Assembly: GCA_963749495.1 (NCBI GenBank)
Contig: CAVVMW010000023.1
Coordinates: forward strand, 544,001 to 608,000
Direction: 5' to 3'
Source of the DNA: an uncultured bacterium
GTDB lineage: Bacteria > Verrucomicrobiota > Verrucomicrobiia > Limisphaerales > UBA8199
Length of the DNA: 64,000 nt
Each line of letters starts with the position of its first letter. The stretch's first letter is position 1. The position numbers and the translations under genes are program-made. This document shows positions 8,740 to 19,261 of the stretch, one piece after another. Under the pieces are notes generated by a model. It saw only the letters and a list, made by a program, of their open reading frames with translations. It searched no databases and was not told where the DNA came from.

Positions 8740-10057
8740 TCAGGCGCTCTGGGGCGCCGCGCTCTGCCACGGGGCGAGGGTCTCGCCAGCCCAGAGCTGC
8801 TCAAGGGGCTGGCGGGTCCGGACCAGGGCGGCTTGCCGGCCCCGAACCATGACCTCGGCGGCCAGGGGGCGGCTGTTGTAATTGGAGGCCATGACGAATC
8901 CGTAGGCCCCGGCGCTCATCAGGGCCAGGTACTCGCCCTGGCGGACCCGGGGCAGAGGGCGGTCGTGGCAAAAGAAATCGCCCGACTCGCAGATGGGGCC
9001 GACCACGTCGGCCGTGATGGGCCGGGCGCCCTTGCGCGTGAGCGGCAGGATCTCGTGGTAGGCCTCGTAAAAGGCAGGGCGGATGAGGTCGTTCATCGCG
9101 GCGTCAACAATCAGGAAGCGCTTCCTGCCGGTGCGTTTGACATATTCAACCCGCGTGAGGAGGGCGCCGGCGTTGCCCGAGATAAAGCGGCCGGGTTCCA
9201 TCAGGACGCGCAGGCCCAGCGGTTTGAGCAGCGGCAGCAGCCGCGCTGCGTAGGTATCCGGGGTGAGGACGCCGCGGGCGCGCGCCGAGCGCCACCAGGC
9301 GGCGGAGCCGCTGGCCAGCGCCGGCTCATAGACAATCCCCAGGCCGCCGCCGATGCTCAGGAACTCCAGTCCGTGCCGCTCCTTGAGCCGGCGCGCCAGC
9401 GGGAGGACCTTCCGGACCGCCTGTTGAAAGGGGGCGGCCCGGGTGATCTGCGAGCCGATGTGCATCTGCAACCCGCGCAGGCGCAGGTGCTCCAGCCGGG
9501 CCGCGCGGGCATAAACCGCCTCGACCTGCTCCAAAGCGATGCCGAACTTGTTCTGGTAAGTGCCGGTGGTGATCTTCCTGTGGGTATGGGCGGCAACGTC
9601 AGGGTTGACGCGCACGGCAACCGGGGCCACGCGGTTGAGGCGGGCGGCAACGCGCTCGATGCGCTCCAGCTCCGGCTCGCTCTCGGCGTTGAAGCAATGC
9701 ACGCCCTGGGCCAGGGCGAATTCGATTTCGGGCTCGGTCTTGCCGACGCCGGCAAAGATGCACCGGCCCGGGTCGCCTCCGGCCTGCAGGACGCGCCGCA
9801 GCTCGCCCGCGCTCACGATGTCGAAGCCGCTGCCCAGCGTGGCCAGGGTGCGCAGCACCGCCAGGTTCGAGTTGGACTTGACCGAGTAACAGAATCAGGT
9901 GGTCCACCCCGGCCATGGCCCGGTCGAGCTTGCGGAAATGCTCTTCCAGCGTGCGTTGGGAATAGACATAAAGGGGTGTGCCAAACCGGCGGGCCAGGCC
10001 CTCCAGCGCCACACCCTCGCAGCAGAGCCGCGGACCGGCGTAATGGAAATCGTGCAT
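8740..10057 (-). CDS. lysA: Diaminopimelate decarboxylase; one extra base near 9893
   Basis: FGTPLYVYS in one frame; YSVKSNSN, FDIVSAGE, HIGSQ, EPGR, VGPICESGD, GAYGFVMASNYNSRP in the other. Confidence 0.95.
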
Positions 10058-10104
10058 AGCTGACCGCCTAAGCGGCAAGCCGGGAGTATCCGAAGGGCAG
10101 GGGC

Positions 10105-10243
10105 CAGTGTCGAGCGCAGAGTGCCGAGGGTCGAGGGTCGAGGGGCCAGGGGCGAGTGCCGAGGGTCGAGGGTCGAGGGCAGAGGCGCGGGGCTCGCGCT
10201 TGTCGCCCTCGTCCCTCGTCCCTCGTCCCCCGTCCCTCGCCCC
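10105..10243. repeat. GGGTCGA-type arrays followed by CCCTCGT-type arrays
   Basis: Read directly, intergenic between pilT and lysA. Confidence 0.85.
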
Positions 10244-11305
10244 TCACGCCTTCTGCCGGGTGATTCGGTCGGGGTGGCGGGCGCGGCTCAGGGCGGTATC
10301 GTAGGTGATGAGGCACTGGCAATAGAGGTCGTAGAGGCAGTTGTCCATGAGGACCATGCCTTCTTTGCGGCCGGTCTGGATGGTGTTTTCCAACTGGTGG
10401 ACCTGGTTTTCACGGATGAGGTTGCGAACGGCGCCGTTGGCGAAGATGAGTTCGTAGGCCAGGACGCGGCGGGTGCGATCGGCGGCCGGGAGCAACTCCT
10501 GGGCGATGATGCCCTGCAAGGAGTTGGCCAGTTGCAGGATGATCTGTCGCTGGGCGCTGCCCTCGAAGACGCCGACAATGCGTTCGAGCGCATGGGAGAC
10601 GCTGGGCGAGTGCATGGTGGCCAGGACGAGGTGGCCGGTCTCCGCCGCGGTGAGGGCGGTCGAGATCGCTTCGTAGTCGCGGATTTCGCCCACGACGATG
10701 ACGTCGGGGTCCTGGCGCAGGACGTGGACCAGGGCGCGGTTGAAGGAGCGGACGTCGGTCAGGAGTTCCTGCTGGACGACGATGGCGCGCTTGTTTTCGT
10801 GGACGAACTCGATGGGGTCCTCGATGGTGACGATCTTGCAGCGGCGCTCGCTGTTGATGAGGTCGACCATGTAATTGAGGGTGGTGGTCTTGCCGGCGCC
10901 GGTGGGGCCGGTCACCAGGACCAGCCCGTTGGGTTTGCGCGCCAGGTCATCGATTTTCTCCGGCAGGCCCAGCTCCTGGCGGGAGGCGATGCGCTCGCCG
11001 CAGAAGCGGAAGCTGATTTCCGGATGGCCGTTGCGGCGGTAGAAGGTGGCGCGCAATCGCCCGGCCGCGCGGTGGCGCAAGGAGATGCACAGCTCCCATT
11101 CCTGGTCGAACTTGAGCCGCTGCTGCGGGTTGAGCAGGCCCTCGGCCATCTGGCCCACGTCTTTCTCGCTCAGCGCGTCTTCGTCGGCGATAATGATCTC
11201 GCCGTTGACGCGGAAGGCGGGAGGGACGCCGGCAACCAGGTGGAGGTCCGAGGCGTCGAATTCAGCGGCGGCGGACAGGAGTCGGTCCAGGGTATCGGTG
11301 CTCAT
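10244..11305 (-). CDS. pilT: PilT/PilU type IV pilus ATPase
   Basis: ASDLHL, GLVLVTGPTGAGKTTT, TIEDPIEF, LRQDPDVIVVGEIRD, AETGHLVLATMH; start MSTDTLD. Confidence 0.92.
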   Translation of the reverse strand: MSTDTLDRLLSAAAEFDASDLHLVAGVPPAFRVNGEIIIADEDALSEKDVGQMAEGLLNPQQRLKFDQEWELCISLRHRAAGRLRATFYRRNGHPEISFRFCGERIASRQELGLPEKIDDLARKPNGLVLVTGPTGAGKTTTLNYMVDLINSERRCKIVTIEDPIEFVHENKRAIVVQQELLTDVRSFNRALVHVLRQDPDVIVVGEIRDYEAISTALTAAETGHLVLATMHSPSVSHALERIVGVFEGSAQRQIILQLANSLQGIIAQELLPAADRTRRVLAYELIFANGAVRNLIRENQVHQLENTIQTGRKEGMVLMDNCLYDLYCQCLITYDTALSRARHPDRITRQKA

Positions 11306-12078
11306 GGCCGGAAGAGGCGGCGCCAAAAGCCGCGCAGGCGTGGGCCAAGCCCGGTGGAGGAGAGTCCGGCCAGGGCCTGGCGCGCCTCCTGGGAGTGTGG
11401 ATTGAGTTGCTGGGCCTGGGTCAGGGAGTTGCGCGCGGCGCCCACCAGGCCCAGGGCCTGCTGGCAAAGGCCCAGCTCCAGCCAGAGCCGGAAATGGCCC
11501 GCATTGGCCTCCAGGGCCTGCTGCAGCAGCTTGAGCGCCAGGGCAAACTGCCGGTAGAAAAAGCGAATCCGCGCCGCCAGCCAGGCCACGAACCAATCGC
11601 CCGGCGCCAGGAGCAGGGCCTTTTCGATGCAGGAATTGGCGCGCGGCTCTTTGCGGGCCAGCAGGACATCTGCCCGCGCCAGCCACACGTAGGGCGTGTC
11701 GCCGCGCTCCTCGATCGCCGCATCCGAAAAGGCCAGCGCGCCCTGCAGGTCTCCGCTCCGCCCCAGGGCGACGGCCTTGGCGGCCAGCAGTTCCGGCTCG
11801 TGGGCAAAGCGCTCCAGCGCCTTGTCCGCCCAGAGCTGCGCCTCGCGATACTCTCCCAGCTCGGTGAGCATGCGCACCTGGCCCGCCCAGGCGGCGGCGT
11901 TCCGGGGATTGAACTCCAGGACCTTCGAGTAGAGCCGGAGGGCGGACTCGAACTGGCCGTTTTCGAAAGCAGTCCGGGCCTCAGCGCAGTAGTAGGGCTC
12001 GTCCTTGACCAGGGGCGTGGAGGTCTGGCCCTGGCCCTCGGGCTCGCCATCGAGCTCCAGATTGACGAACCGGCTCAT
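11302..12078 (-). CDS. Tetratricopeptide repeat protein
   Basis: Multiple TPR motifs (ALRLYSKVLEFNPRNAAAW, AQQLNPHSQEA); ATGA-type overlap with pilT. Confidence 0.85.
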   Translation of the reverse strand: MSRFVNLELDGEPEGQGQTSTPLVKDEPYYCAEARTAFENGQFESALRLYSKVLEFNPRNAAAWAGQVRMLTELGEYREAQLWADKALERFAHEPELLAAKAVALGRSGDLQGALAFSDAAIEERGDTPYVWLARADVLLARKEPRANSCIEKALLLAPGDWFVAWLAARIRFFYRQFALALKLLQQALEANAGHFRLWLELGLCQQALGLVGAARNSLTQAQQLNPHSQEARQALAGLSSTGLGPRLRGFWRRLFRP

Positions 12079-12217
12079 CGTAGGTTGTTACCGCACAGAA
12101 CTATAGCAGGCGGGATGCCGGTCGGCCAGCCAAATTCAGGGGGGCGCGCTGCGAAGGGAAAAAAGGGACCAAAGGGACAGGCGCGGCCGTACTGCACCGG
12201 GCTCTGAGTGACTTTCA

Positions 12218-12300
12218 CAACCTTTGTCGCAGCCTTTGTCGAGACCTTTGTCGAAATCCGGCTGAGCTCGAGGAAGGCCGCGACAAAGGCTGCGACAAAG
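12218..12300. repeat. 12-mer CTTTGTCG palindromic element
   Basis: Same family as 2487-2571. Confidence 0.9.
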
Positions 12301-12349
12301 ATAGAAAAGTCATCCAAGGTCGGGTGCAGGCAGGCGCGGCCGGTGGAGT

Positions 12350-13249
12350 TCATTGTCCGGAGAGACCCTCGACGGGGGCGTAATCGTCAGTGAGGATGGG
12401 GCTGGTGGCGGCGCTGGTCGGGGGCGCGGTGCGGATCTGTTCGAGGCGGTCGCGGAAGCCGGGCAGGGTGATGCGCCGGGCCTCGGTGAGCATGAAGGCG
12501 CGCCGGCGCAGGCCGTTGAGGTCTGGGAGGGTGGTCGCCTTTGTGGCCATGAGCACGACGTTCAGGCTCGACTTGGCAGGAAAGAGATAGACCTGGGGAA
12601 AGACCGCCTTGAGTGTGCGATAGGTTGCGCCCACAATGCCGGCGTGCCAGCCGGTGAGGGTGCCGATGACGTTGTCGCAGAAGATGCCGTTGGTGGTGAG
12701 GCGGTCGCGGACCAACTCGAAGAACTCCTTGGTTGCCAGGTGCTGCGGGATGGAGGAGCCGTAGCGGCCCTGCACATAAGCGTCCAGGATGATCAGGTCG
12801 TAGCGCCCGCTGTTGCGCCGAAGGAACTGGCGGCCGTCTTCGACAAAGACCCTCTGCCGCTCCGATTCGTCGAATCCGAAATAGCTGCGGGCGATGCGCA
12901 GGACCATCGGGTCAATCTCAACGGTGTCAATGGTGACATTGGTATAGTAATGCTCGAAGGAGCGCTGGGCGCTGCCGCCGCCCAGGCCGATCATGAGGAC
13001 GCGGCCCAGGTTGGTGTTCCACAGCCAGGGGACATGGAAGAACTCCGTGTACTCGAAATGGCCGCGCCAGGGGTCCTGCAGCGAGATGCGGCTCTCGGTC
13101 GCATCGTCGAAGCACAACAAGCGATAGGTGCCATCCTCGACGACCCGGATATGGTGATAGGCGGAGGTGGCCTGGTAAATCTCGGCGCCCAAGGCGGCGG
13201 CGGCCATCGGCAGCGCGGCCGCGAGCACGGCCAGGAGTCTTCGGCTCAT
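12350..13249 (-). CDS. Spermidine synthase-like SAM-dependent methyltransferase with signal peptide
   Basis: RVLMIGLGGGS, VEIDP, VEDGRQFL, YDLIILDAY, ILTDDYAPVE. Confidence 0.85.
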   Translation of the reverse strand: MSRRLLAVLAAALPMAAAALGAEIYQATSAYHHIRVVEDGTYRLLCFDDATESRISLQDPWRGHFEYTEFFHVPWLWNTNLGRVLMIGLGGGSAQRSFEHYYTNVTIDTVEIDPMVLRIARSYFGFDESERQRVFVEDGRQFLRRNSGRYDLIILDAYVQGRYGSSIPQHLATKEFFELVRDRLTTNGIFCDNVIGTLTGWHAGIVGATYRTLKAVFPQVYLFPAKSSLNVVLMATKATTLPDLNGLRRRAFMLTEARRITLPGFRDRLEQIRTAPPTSAATSPILTDDYAPVEGLSGQ

Positions 13250-13291
13250 ACGTAAAGGTCAATTCATAGTTAGCCGGCCACCGGAGCGTCA

Positions 13292-13370
13292 AGGGGCGAG
13301 GGGCAAGGGTCGATGGGGGGATCTCTGCCCCTCGACACTCGACCCTCGACCCTCGGCCCTCGACACCCCT
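13292..13370. repeat. GGGTCGA/CCCTCGA inverted heptamer arrays
   Basis: Read directly. Confidence 0.75.
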
Positions 13371-13451
13371 GCCCGGTCACCTTTGAACCAGGTCCATATA
13401 GTAACTGAGCCCGCCCCGCCAGGGGAAGCAAAAGTGCGGTTGAGAATCCTC

Positions 13452-13478
13452 TAAAGGCCTTGAGCCGCCAGCCGATAA
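13452..13478 (+). promoter_or_regulatory. Sigma28 (FliA/WhiG-type) promoter
   Basis: Perfect TAAA-N15-GCCGATAA, 48 nt upstream of ATG 13527. Confidence 0.75.
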
Positions 13479-13526
13479 CAACTACAGCGGACCAAGAAAC
13501 AAAAACAGAAAGCTGAGTTTGGAACT

Positions 13527-13979
13527 ATGAACGTGAGCAACGTATCTTCAACCGTAAACCCCTACTCGAACGCCGTCCAAAACCCGTGGAGCCAACGCAT
13601 CCAGGACTTCCAGGCGCTGCAGAGCGCGCTCCAGTCCGGCAACCTCTCGGGCGCGCAACAAGCCCTTGCCGCTTTCCAGCAGGATCAGCCCAAAAGCTCC
13701 CAGGCGGTCAGCAACTCCAGCGCCTCCAGCCAGACCAGCCCGGTAGCCAAAGACCTCCAGGCCCTGCAAAGCGCGCTTCAGTCCGGCAACCTCTCGGGCG
13801 CGCAACAGGCCTTTGCGAGCTTCAAGCAGGACGTGCAGAGCGCCGGCGGGGCGCACCGCGCTCATCACCATCACGGCGGACATCACGCCACCACCGGCAC
13901 CCAGCCTGCGGAGGACACTTCGACTTCCGCCACCAGCTCGACCTCCGCGGTTGATAAACTGCTCGATGCCCAGGCCTGA
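13527..13979 (+). CDS. Ser/Gln-rich hypothetical protein with duplicated QALQSALQSGNLSGAQQA motif
   Basis: Internal repeat, His-rich tract, low-complexity N-terminus MNVSNVSS. Confidence 0.8.
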   Translation: MNVSNVSSTVNPYSNAVQNPWSQRIQDFQALQSALQSGNLSGAQQALAAFQQDQPKSSQAVSNSSASSQTSPVAKDLQALQSALQSGNLSGAQQAFASFKQDVQSAGGAHRAHHHHGGHHATTGTQPAEDTSTSATSSTSAVDKLLDAQA

Positions 13980-14077
13980 GGGCCAGGACTTGTCCCCGTC
14001 CTGACCCGGTTGGTCCCGGTTTTCCCCGGCTCCATCGCATTGCCGGCACACTCCAGGAACCGGCGCCAAGTCCGAAG

Positions 14078-14166
14078 GTTTTGGACTGCGCCAGTCCTCT
14101 GGCGCTTTGGCGTCCCCACGCTCCCAAAAGCGGCAGAGGACTGGCGCAGTCCAAAACGCTTCGCGA
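14078..14166. repeat. REP-like palindrome GTTTTGGACTGCGCCAGTCCTCTG...CAGAGGACTGGCGCAGTCCAAAAC
   Basis: Inverted repeat; partial relatives at 19349-19380, 36809-36847 and 58244-58272. Confidence 0.85.
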
Positions 14167-14227
14167 GTTCGGACGCGCGCTCCCATCGCTCGGTTCGGCC
14201 GGGCTCGACAAAGATGAGATGCGCGCC

Positions 14228-16507
14228 TCAGCGCGGCTGCGCGGCGGGTTTGGGGGCGAGGAGGCTCTTGCAATACTCGACGCGTTGCTGGAGTTCGGCC
14301 GCCTCCTGGGTCAGGCCGGCCTGGGCTGCGAGTTGGCGGCCCTTCTCGGCGGCCTTGAGACCCTCGACGTAAGAGCCCTGCCGGATGTAATTGGTGCTCA
14401 GCACGTCATAGAAGTCGGGCAACTGGGCCAAATGGGCGTCGGCGTGGATGGCCTGGTCGAAGAAGGGCAAGGCGGTTTGGGTCTCGCCCAGGCGGGCGCG
14501 GGCCATGGCCATGAGGTAGCTGGCTTGGGCGTGCTGGGGCGCCAGGCCCAGGACGGTCCGCAGGGAAGCCGCGCATTGCTCGTAGAGCGCAAGCCGGAAT
14601 TCAGTCATGGCCAGGACGAAATTCATCTCGACGGCGTCATAGGTCCGGTCGTAGCCGTTGGGCAGCAGACGCACGGCCTGGGCCAGGTGACCGAGGGCGT
14701 TGGTGAGATCGCCGTCAGCGAAAAGGGCGAAGCCGAGGTCAAAGTGGGCGAAGGGGTTTTGAGGTTCCAGGCGCAGGGCGGCCTGGGTATGGGACACCCC
14801 TTCCTGGGGCAGGTGTTTGACATGGTAGAGGAGGAACCCGAGGCGCAGGTGGGCAATGAGGTTGTTCGGGTTGAGCGAGAGCGCGCGCTTGAAGCTCTCG
14901 ATCGCCCGGTCGGGCTCGTTGTCCTGGAAGAATTCGTTGCCCGCGCGCACAAAGGAATAATCGTCGAGGAATTGCTCGTGGATCTTGCCGATTGCGTTTG
15001 GGGCCAGGGCGACAAATTCGGGGATGTTCGCCGCCCGCTCCGGGGCGACCATGTGTTGGAGCCAGACGGGCGGGCTGGCTTGGCCGCGCTCATCGATGCG
15101 CGCCAGGTAGAGCTGCGTGTAATCCGAATGGGCCTTCGAGGAGAAGACCAGCCAGCGGCCATCGGGCGACCAGGTGTGCCAGGAGTTCATGCGGGCCAGG
15201 TTGCAGCCCAACCGCCGGGCCTCGCCTCCACCCGCTGGGATGATGTAAAGCTGGCTGTCGGGCTGCAAGAGCATGTAATTGGAGGCCTGGCAAAAGACAA
15301 TCCACCGGCCATCGGGCGAGAACTTGGGGAAGAAATTGCTGCGCCCGTTGGCCGAGGCGCCCCGCACCGGCTCGGCCCGGCCCCCTTTGCCCCCATTGAA
15401 CGCCACCCGGTACAGGTCGTACTTGAACTCCTTGCCGCGTTTGAGGAATTCCTCGCACTCCTCGGGGGTCAGGAGAAGGGTGCCTTTGTTGCGCGGCCTT
15501 TCCAATTGCCCGGCGCGGTTGCGGGCGAACACGACCCATTGGCCATCCGGACTCCACGACGGATTGCTCTGCACGAACGCCGGGTCGTCGGCCCCCGGCA
15601 GGGACGAAAACTGCTTGGTCTGCCGGTCATAGATCGCGATGATCCCTTTGAGGGGGAAAAAGAGTTGCGAAAAGGCCAGTCCGGGCCTGGGAACGAAAAC
15701 GGACTGATCCTTGACAGTGCTGAGCACGTAACGGCCATCGGGCGAGATTTGGGAGAGCAGGCCGAATGTCTGCTGGCCGTCCTCGCGCCGGTAATCGTCC
15801 CAGGTGATGATGTCGCTGGTCGCGAGCCGCATTTCCGGGCCGGTCCGGGTGATGACATAAGAGGCCTTGTTGTTGGCGTAATCAACGTCCATCGCCAGAA
15901 ACTCCCCCTTCCGGTCGAACGAATGGCAGTTGCCGCACACCGGCAGCTTTTCCAGGACGATGGGCGGCATTTCCTCGCGGTCAATAGCCCCAAACCGCCA
16001 CCGAATCCGCGTCGGGTCCTTGACCGCCTCGATAAACGGCAAATTGACCTCCCGGTAGAACAGCGGGTAATCCACTGTCTCCCGCGCCAAGGTGAACCGG
16101 ACCGAGCCTCGCGCCTTGAGCCGGCGGCGCTCTGGGTCAAACGCGCCCACCACAACCTCAATCGCCCCTCCCTGGGCGGAGGCCTTGACCTGCCGCCACA
16201 CCTCCGCGCTGGGCCGCCACAACGGCCCGGTCCGCTCGAACCACCAGGCCCGCCCGCCCGCCTTGAAACCCGTCACCCAAGTCTCCCCGCCCGCCGCGTT
16301 CGTCTTCCAGGTCACCGCCGGCGCCGGGAAGTTGAGCGGAAGGACTGCCCCGGCAATCGGGTGTTGTATCTCCACTGACGGGTAATTGGCGGGGTCCTCC
16401 ATCACTTCCCCCAGCGGGGGAGCGCCAAACTGCGCGAACATGGCCGTTGCGCTGCCCGCCAACAGCAGGCCAGCCAATATCCACAACAGTTTCCGCTTCG
16501 GCCTCAT
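14228..16507 (-). CDS. TolB/PD40 beta-propeller + TPR protein with CxxCH motif (copy 1)
   Basis: VCGNCHSF; SPDG repeats (WSPDGQW, FSPDGRW); C-terminal TPRs; N-terminal hydrophobic segment. Confidence 0.85.
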   Translation of the reverse strand: MRPKRKLLWILAGLLLAGSATAMFAQFGAPPLGEVMEDPANYPSVEIQHPIAGAVLPLNFPAPAVTWKTNAAGGETWVTGFKAGGRAWWFERTGPLWRPSAEVWRQVKASAQGGAIEVVVGAFDPERRRLKARGSVRFTLARETVDYPLFYREVNLPFIEAVKDPTRIRWRFGAIDREEMPPIVLEKLPVCGNCHSFDRKGEFLAMDVDYANNKASYVITRTGPEMRLATSDIITWDDYRREDGQQTFGLLSQISPDGRYVLSTVKDQSVFVPRPGLAFSQLFFPLKGIIAIYDRQTKQFSSLPGADDPAFVQSNPSWSPDGQWVVFARNRAGQLERPRNKGTLLLTPEECEEFLKRGKEFKYDLYRVAFNGGKGGRAEPVRGASANGRSNFFPKFSPDGRWIVFCQASNYMLLQPDSQLYIIPAGGGEARRLGCNLARMNSWHTWSPDGRWLVFSSKAHSDYTQLYLARIDERGQASPPVWLQHMVAPERAANIPEFVALAPNAIGKIHEQFLDDYSFVRAGNEFFQDNEPDRAIESFKRALSLNPNNLIAHLRLGFLLYHVKHLPQEGVSHTQAALRLEPQNPFAHFDLGFALFADGDLTNALGHLAQAVRLLPNGYDRTYDAVEMNFVLAMTEFRLALYEQCAASLRTVLGLAPQHAQASYLMAMARARLGETQTALPFFDQAIHADAHLAQLPDFYDVLSTNYIRQGSYVEGLKAAEKGRQLAAQAGLTQEAAELQQRVEYCKSLLAPKPAAQPR

Positions 16508-16697
16508 GGAGCTTGGATGGCGCCATTAAGGCCGGGATGGCGCTGCGTGTCAATGCCGAATGCTTCGGCGCGAAAGGCCTCACTGAAGGCGGGGGCGTCA
16601 CTGCGGCAGTCCCCTCGCCCCGGCCCTCAACCCCTTCGGGGGGGCAACGGCTACCTTCACTGCGTTGCTCCGCAACGCGCCCGCTCCCCTCGGCTCA

Positions 16698-16892
16698 CCG
16701 CGTAGCGGTGCCCGATGGTAGCCGTGGACTTTCAGTCCACGGACCCATGGCCCAAGCTCGATCGCGTCGCGTAGCAACGCCTGAAAAGCGCAACGGTGTC
16801 AGGCGTCGCTACGCAACGCGTGACCATTACCACGCCCTGAACCGTGGACCGAGGTCCACGGCTACCTTCACTGCGTCGCTACGCAACGCGCG
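16698..16892. repeat. Multi-hairpin REP/MITE-like element (GTAGCCGTGGAC..GTCCACGG / CGCGTAGCAACG..CGTCGCTACGC)
   Basis: Nested inverted repeats between the tandem paralogs. Confidence 0.75.
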
Positions 16893-16981
16893 ATGATTCC
16901 CACGCCCCGGACCGTGGACCGAGAGGACGAGGTGAGGGGTCGGCCCGGGGGTTCTGTCTCCGCCTTCACTGACCGGTTCCC

Positions 16982-19261
16982 TCAGCGCGGCTGCGCGGCG
17001 GGTTTGGGGGCGAGGAGGCTCTTGCAATACTCGACGCGTTGCTGGAGTTCGGCGGCCTGCTGGGTCAGGCCGGCCTGGGCTGCGAGTTGGCGCCCCTTCT
17101 CGGAGGCCTTGAGGCCCTCGACGTAAGAGCCCTGCTGGATGTAATTGGCGCTGAGCACGTCGTAGAAGTCGGGCGACTGGCCCAACTGCGCGTCGGCGTG
17201 GATGGCCTGGTCGAAGAAGGGCAGGGCGGTTCGGGTTCCGCCCAGGCGGGCCTGCGCCATGGCCATGAGGTAGTTGGCGCGCGCGTGCTGGGGCGCCAGG
17301 CGCAAGACCGTCCGGAGCGACCCGGCGCATTGTTCCCAGAGGGCGAGCTGGTATTGGGTCATGGCCAGGACCAAGTGCATCTCGACGGCGTTATAGTTCT
17401 GGGCGTCGCCGTTGGGCAACAGGCGCACGGCCTCGGCCAGGTGAACGACGGCGTTCGTTGGATCTTCGCTGGCGAAGAGGGCGAAACCGAGGTCGAATTG
17501 GGCGAAGCCGTTTTGGGGGTCGAGGCGGACGGCGGTCTGGGTATGGGAGAGCCCCTCCTGGGGCTGGTGTTTGACATGGTAGAGAATGAACCCGAGGCGC
17601 TGGTGGGCCATGGCATTGTTCGGATTGAGCGACAAGGCCTTCTTGAAGCTCTCGATCGCACGGTCGGGCTCGCCGTCGTGAAAGAGCATGTTCCCGGCGC
17701 GCGCAAAGGAATAATCGTCGAGGAATTGCTCGTGGATTTTGCCGATTGCGTTTGGGGCCAGGGCGACAAATTCCGGGATGTTCGCCGCCCGCTCCGGGCC
17801 GACCAGGTGCTGGAGCCAAACGGGCGGGCTGGCCTCGCCGCGCTCATCAATGCGCGCCAGGTAGAGTTGCGTGTAGATCGAATGGGCCTTCGAGGAGAGG
17901 ACCAGCCAGCGGCCATCGGGCGACCAGGTGTGCCAGGAGTTCATGCGGCCCAAGTTGCAGCCCAACCGCCGGGCCTCGCCTCCCGCGGCGGGGATGATGT
18001 AAAGCTGGCTGTCGGGCTGCAAGAGCATGTAATTGGAGGCCTGGCAAAAGACAATCCATCGGCCATCGGGCGAGAACTTGGGGAAGTAATTGCTGCGCCC
18101 GTTGGCCGAGGCCCCCCGCACCGGCTCGGCCTGGCCCCCTTTGCCCCCATTGAACGCCACCCGGTATAGGTCGTATTTGAACTCCTTGCCGCGCTTGAGG
18201 AATTCCTCGCACTCCTCGGCGGTCAGGAGAACACTGGTCGAATTGCCCGCCTTTTCCAATTCGGCGGCGCGGTTGCGGGCGAACACGACCCATTGGCCAT
18301 CCGGACTCCACGACGGATTGCTCTGCACGAACGCCGGGTCGTCGGCCCCCGGCAGGGACGAAAACTGCTTGGTCTGCCGGTCATAGATCGCGATGATCCC
18401 TTTGAGGGGGAAAAAGAGTTGCGAAAAGGCCAGTCCGGGCCTGGGAACGAAAACGGACTGATCCTTGACAGTGCTGAGCACGTAACGGCCATCGGGCGAG
18501 ATTTGGGAGAGCAGGCCGAATGTCTGCTGGCCGTCCTCGCGCCGGTAATCGTCCCAGGTGATGATGTCGCTGGTCGCGAGCCGCATTTCCGGGCCGGTCC
18601 GGGTGATGACATAAGAGGCCTTGTTGTTGGCGTAATCAACGTCCATCGCCAGAAACTCCCCCTTCCGGTCGAACGAATGGCAGTTGCCGCACACCGGCAG
18701 CTTTTCCAGGACGATGGGCGGCATCTCCTCACGGTCAATCGCCCCAAACCGCCACCGAATCCGCGTCGGGTCCTTGACCGCCTCGACAAACGGCAAATTG
18801 ACCTCCCGGTAGAACAACGGGTAATCCACTGTCTCCCGCGCCAAGGTGAACCGGACCGAGCCTCGGGCCTTGAGCCGGCGGCCGGCTCGGTCAAACGCGC
18901 CCACCACAACCTCGATCGCCCCTCCCTGGGCGGAGGCCTTGACCTGCCGCCACGCCTCCGCGCTGGGCCGCCACAATGGCCCGGTCCGCTCGAACCACCA
19001 GGCCCGCCCGCCCGCCTTGAAACCCGTCACCCAAATCTCCCCGCCCGCCGCGTTCGTCTTCCAAGTCACCACCGGCGCCGGGAAGTTGAGCGGCAGGACC
19101 GCCCCGGCAATCGGGTGTTGTATCTCCACTGGCGGGTAATTGGCGGGGTCCTCCATCACTTCCGGCAGCGGCAACCGGCGAGGCTGCATGAAAATAGCCG
19201 TCGCGCCGCCCGCCAACAGCAGGCCAGCCAATGTCCACAACAGCTTCCGCTTTGGCCTCAT
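16982..19261 (-). CDS. TolB/PD40 beta-propeller + TPR protein with CxxCH motif (copy 2)
   Basis: Same length (759 aa) and near-identical core to 14228..16507. Confidence 0.85.
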   Translation of the reverse strand: MRPKRKLLWTLAGLLLAGGATAIFMQPRRLPLPEVMEDPANYPPVEIQHPIAGAVLPLNFPAPVVTWKTNAAGGEIWVTGFKAGGRAWWFERTGPLWRPSAEAWRQVKASAQGGAIEVVVGAFDRAGRRLKARGSVRFTLARETVDYPLFYREVNLPFVEAVKDPTRIRWRFGAIDREEMPPIVLEKLPVCGNCHSFDRKGEFLAMDVDYANNKASYVITRTGPEMRLATSDIITWDDYRREDGQQTFGLLSQISPDGRYVLSTVKDQSVFVPRPGLAFSQLFFPLKGIIAIYDRQTKQFSSLPGADDPAFVQSNPSWSPDGQWVVFARNRAAELEKAGNSTSVLLTAEECEEFLKRGKEFKYDLYRVAFNGGKGGQAEPVRGASANGRSNYFPKFSPDGRWIVFCQASNYMLLQPDSQLYIIPAAGGEARRLGCNLGRMNSWHTWSPDGRWLVLSSKAHSIYTQLYLARIDERGEASPPVWLQHLVGPERAANIPEFVALAPNAIGKIHEQFLDDYSFARAGNMLFHDGEPDRAIESFKKALSLNPNNAMAHQRLGFILYHVKHQPQEGLSHTQTAVRLDPQNGFAQFDLGFALFASEDPTNAVVHLAEAVRLLPNGDAQNYNAVEMHLVLAMTQYQLALWEQCAGSLRTVLRLAPQHARANYLMAMAQARLGGTRTALPFFDQAIHADAQLGQSPDFYDVLSANYIQQGSYVEGLKASEKGRQLAAQAGLTQQAAELQQRVEYCKSLLAPKPAAQPR

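Noticed and set aside
8740..10057. lysA as true pseudogene or programmed frameshift
   Set aside because: Single extra base, no slippery motif, all catalytic motifs intact; a sequencing error is more likely.
15920..15945. Cytochrome c call from CxxCH
   Set aside because: A single motif in a propeller/TPR protein; heme binding cannot be shown from sequence alone.
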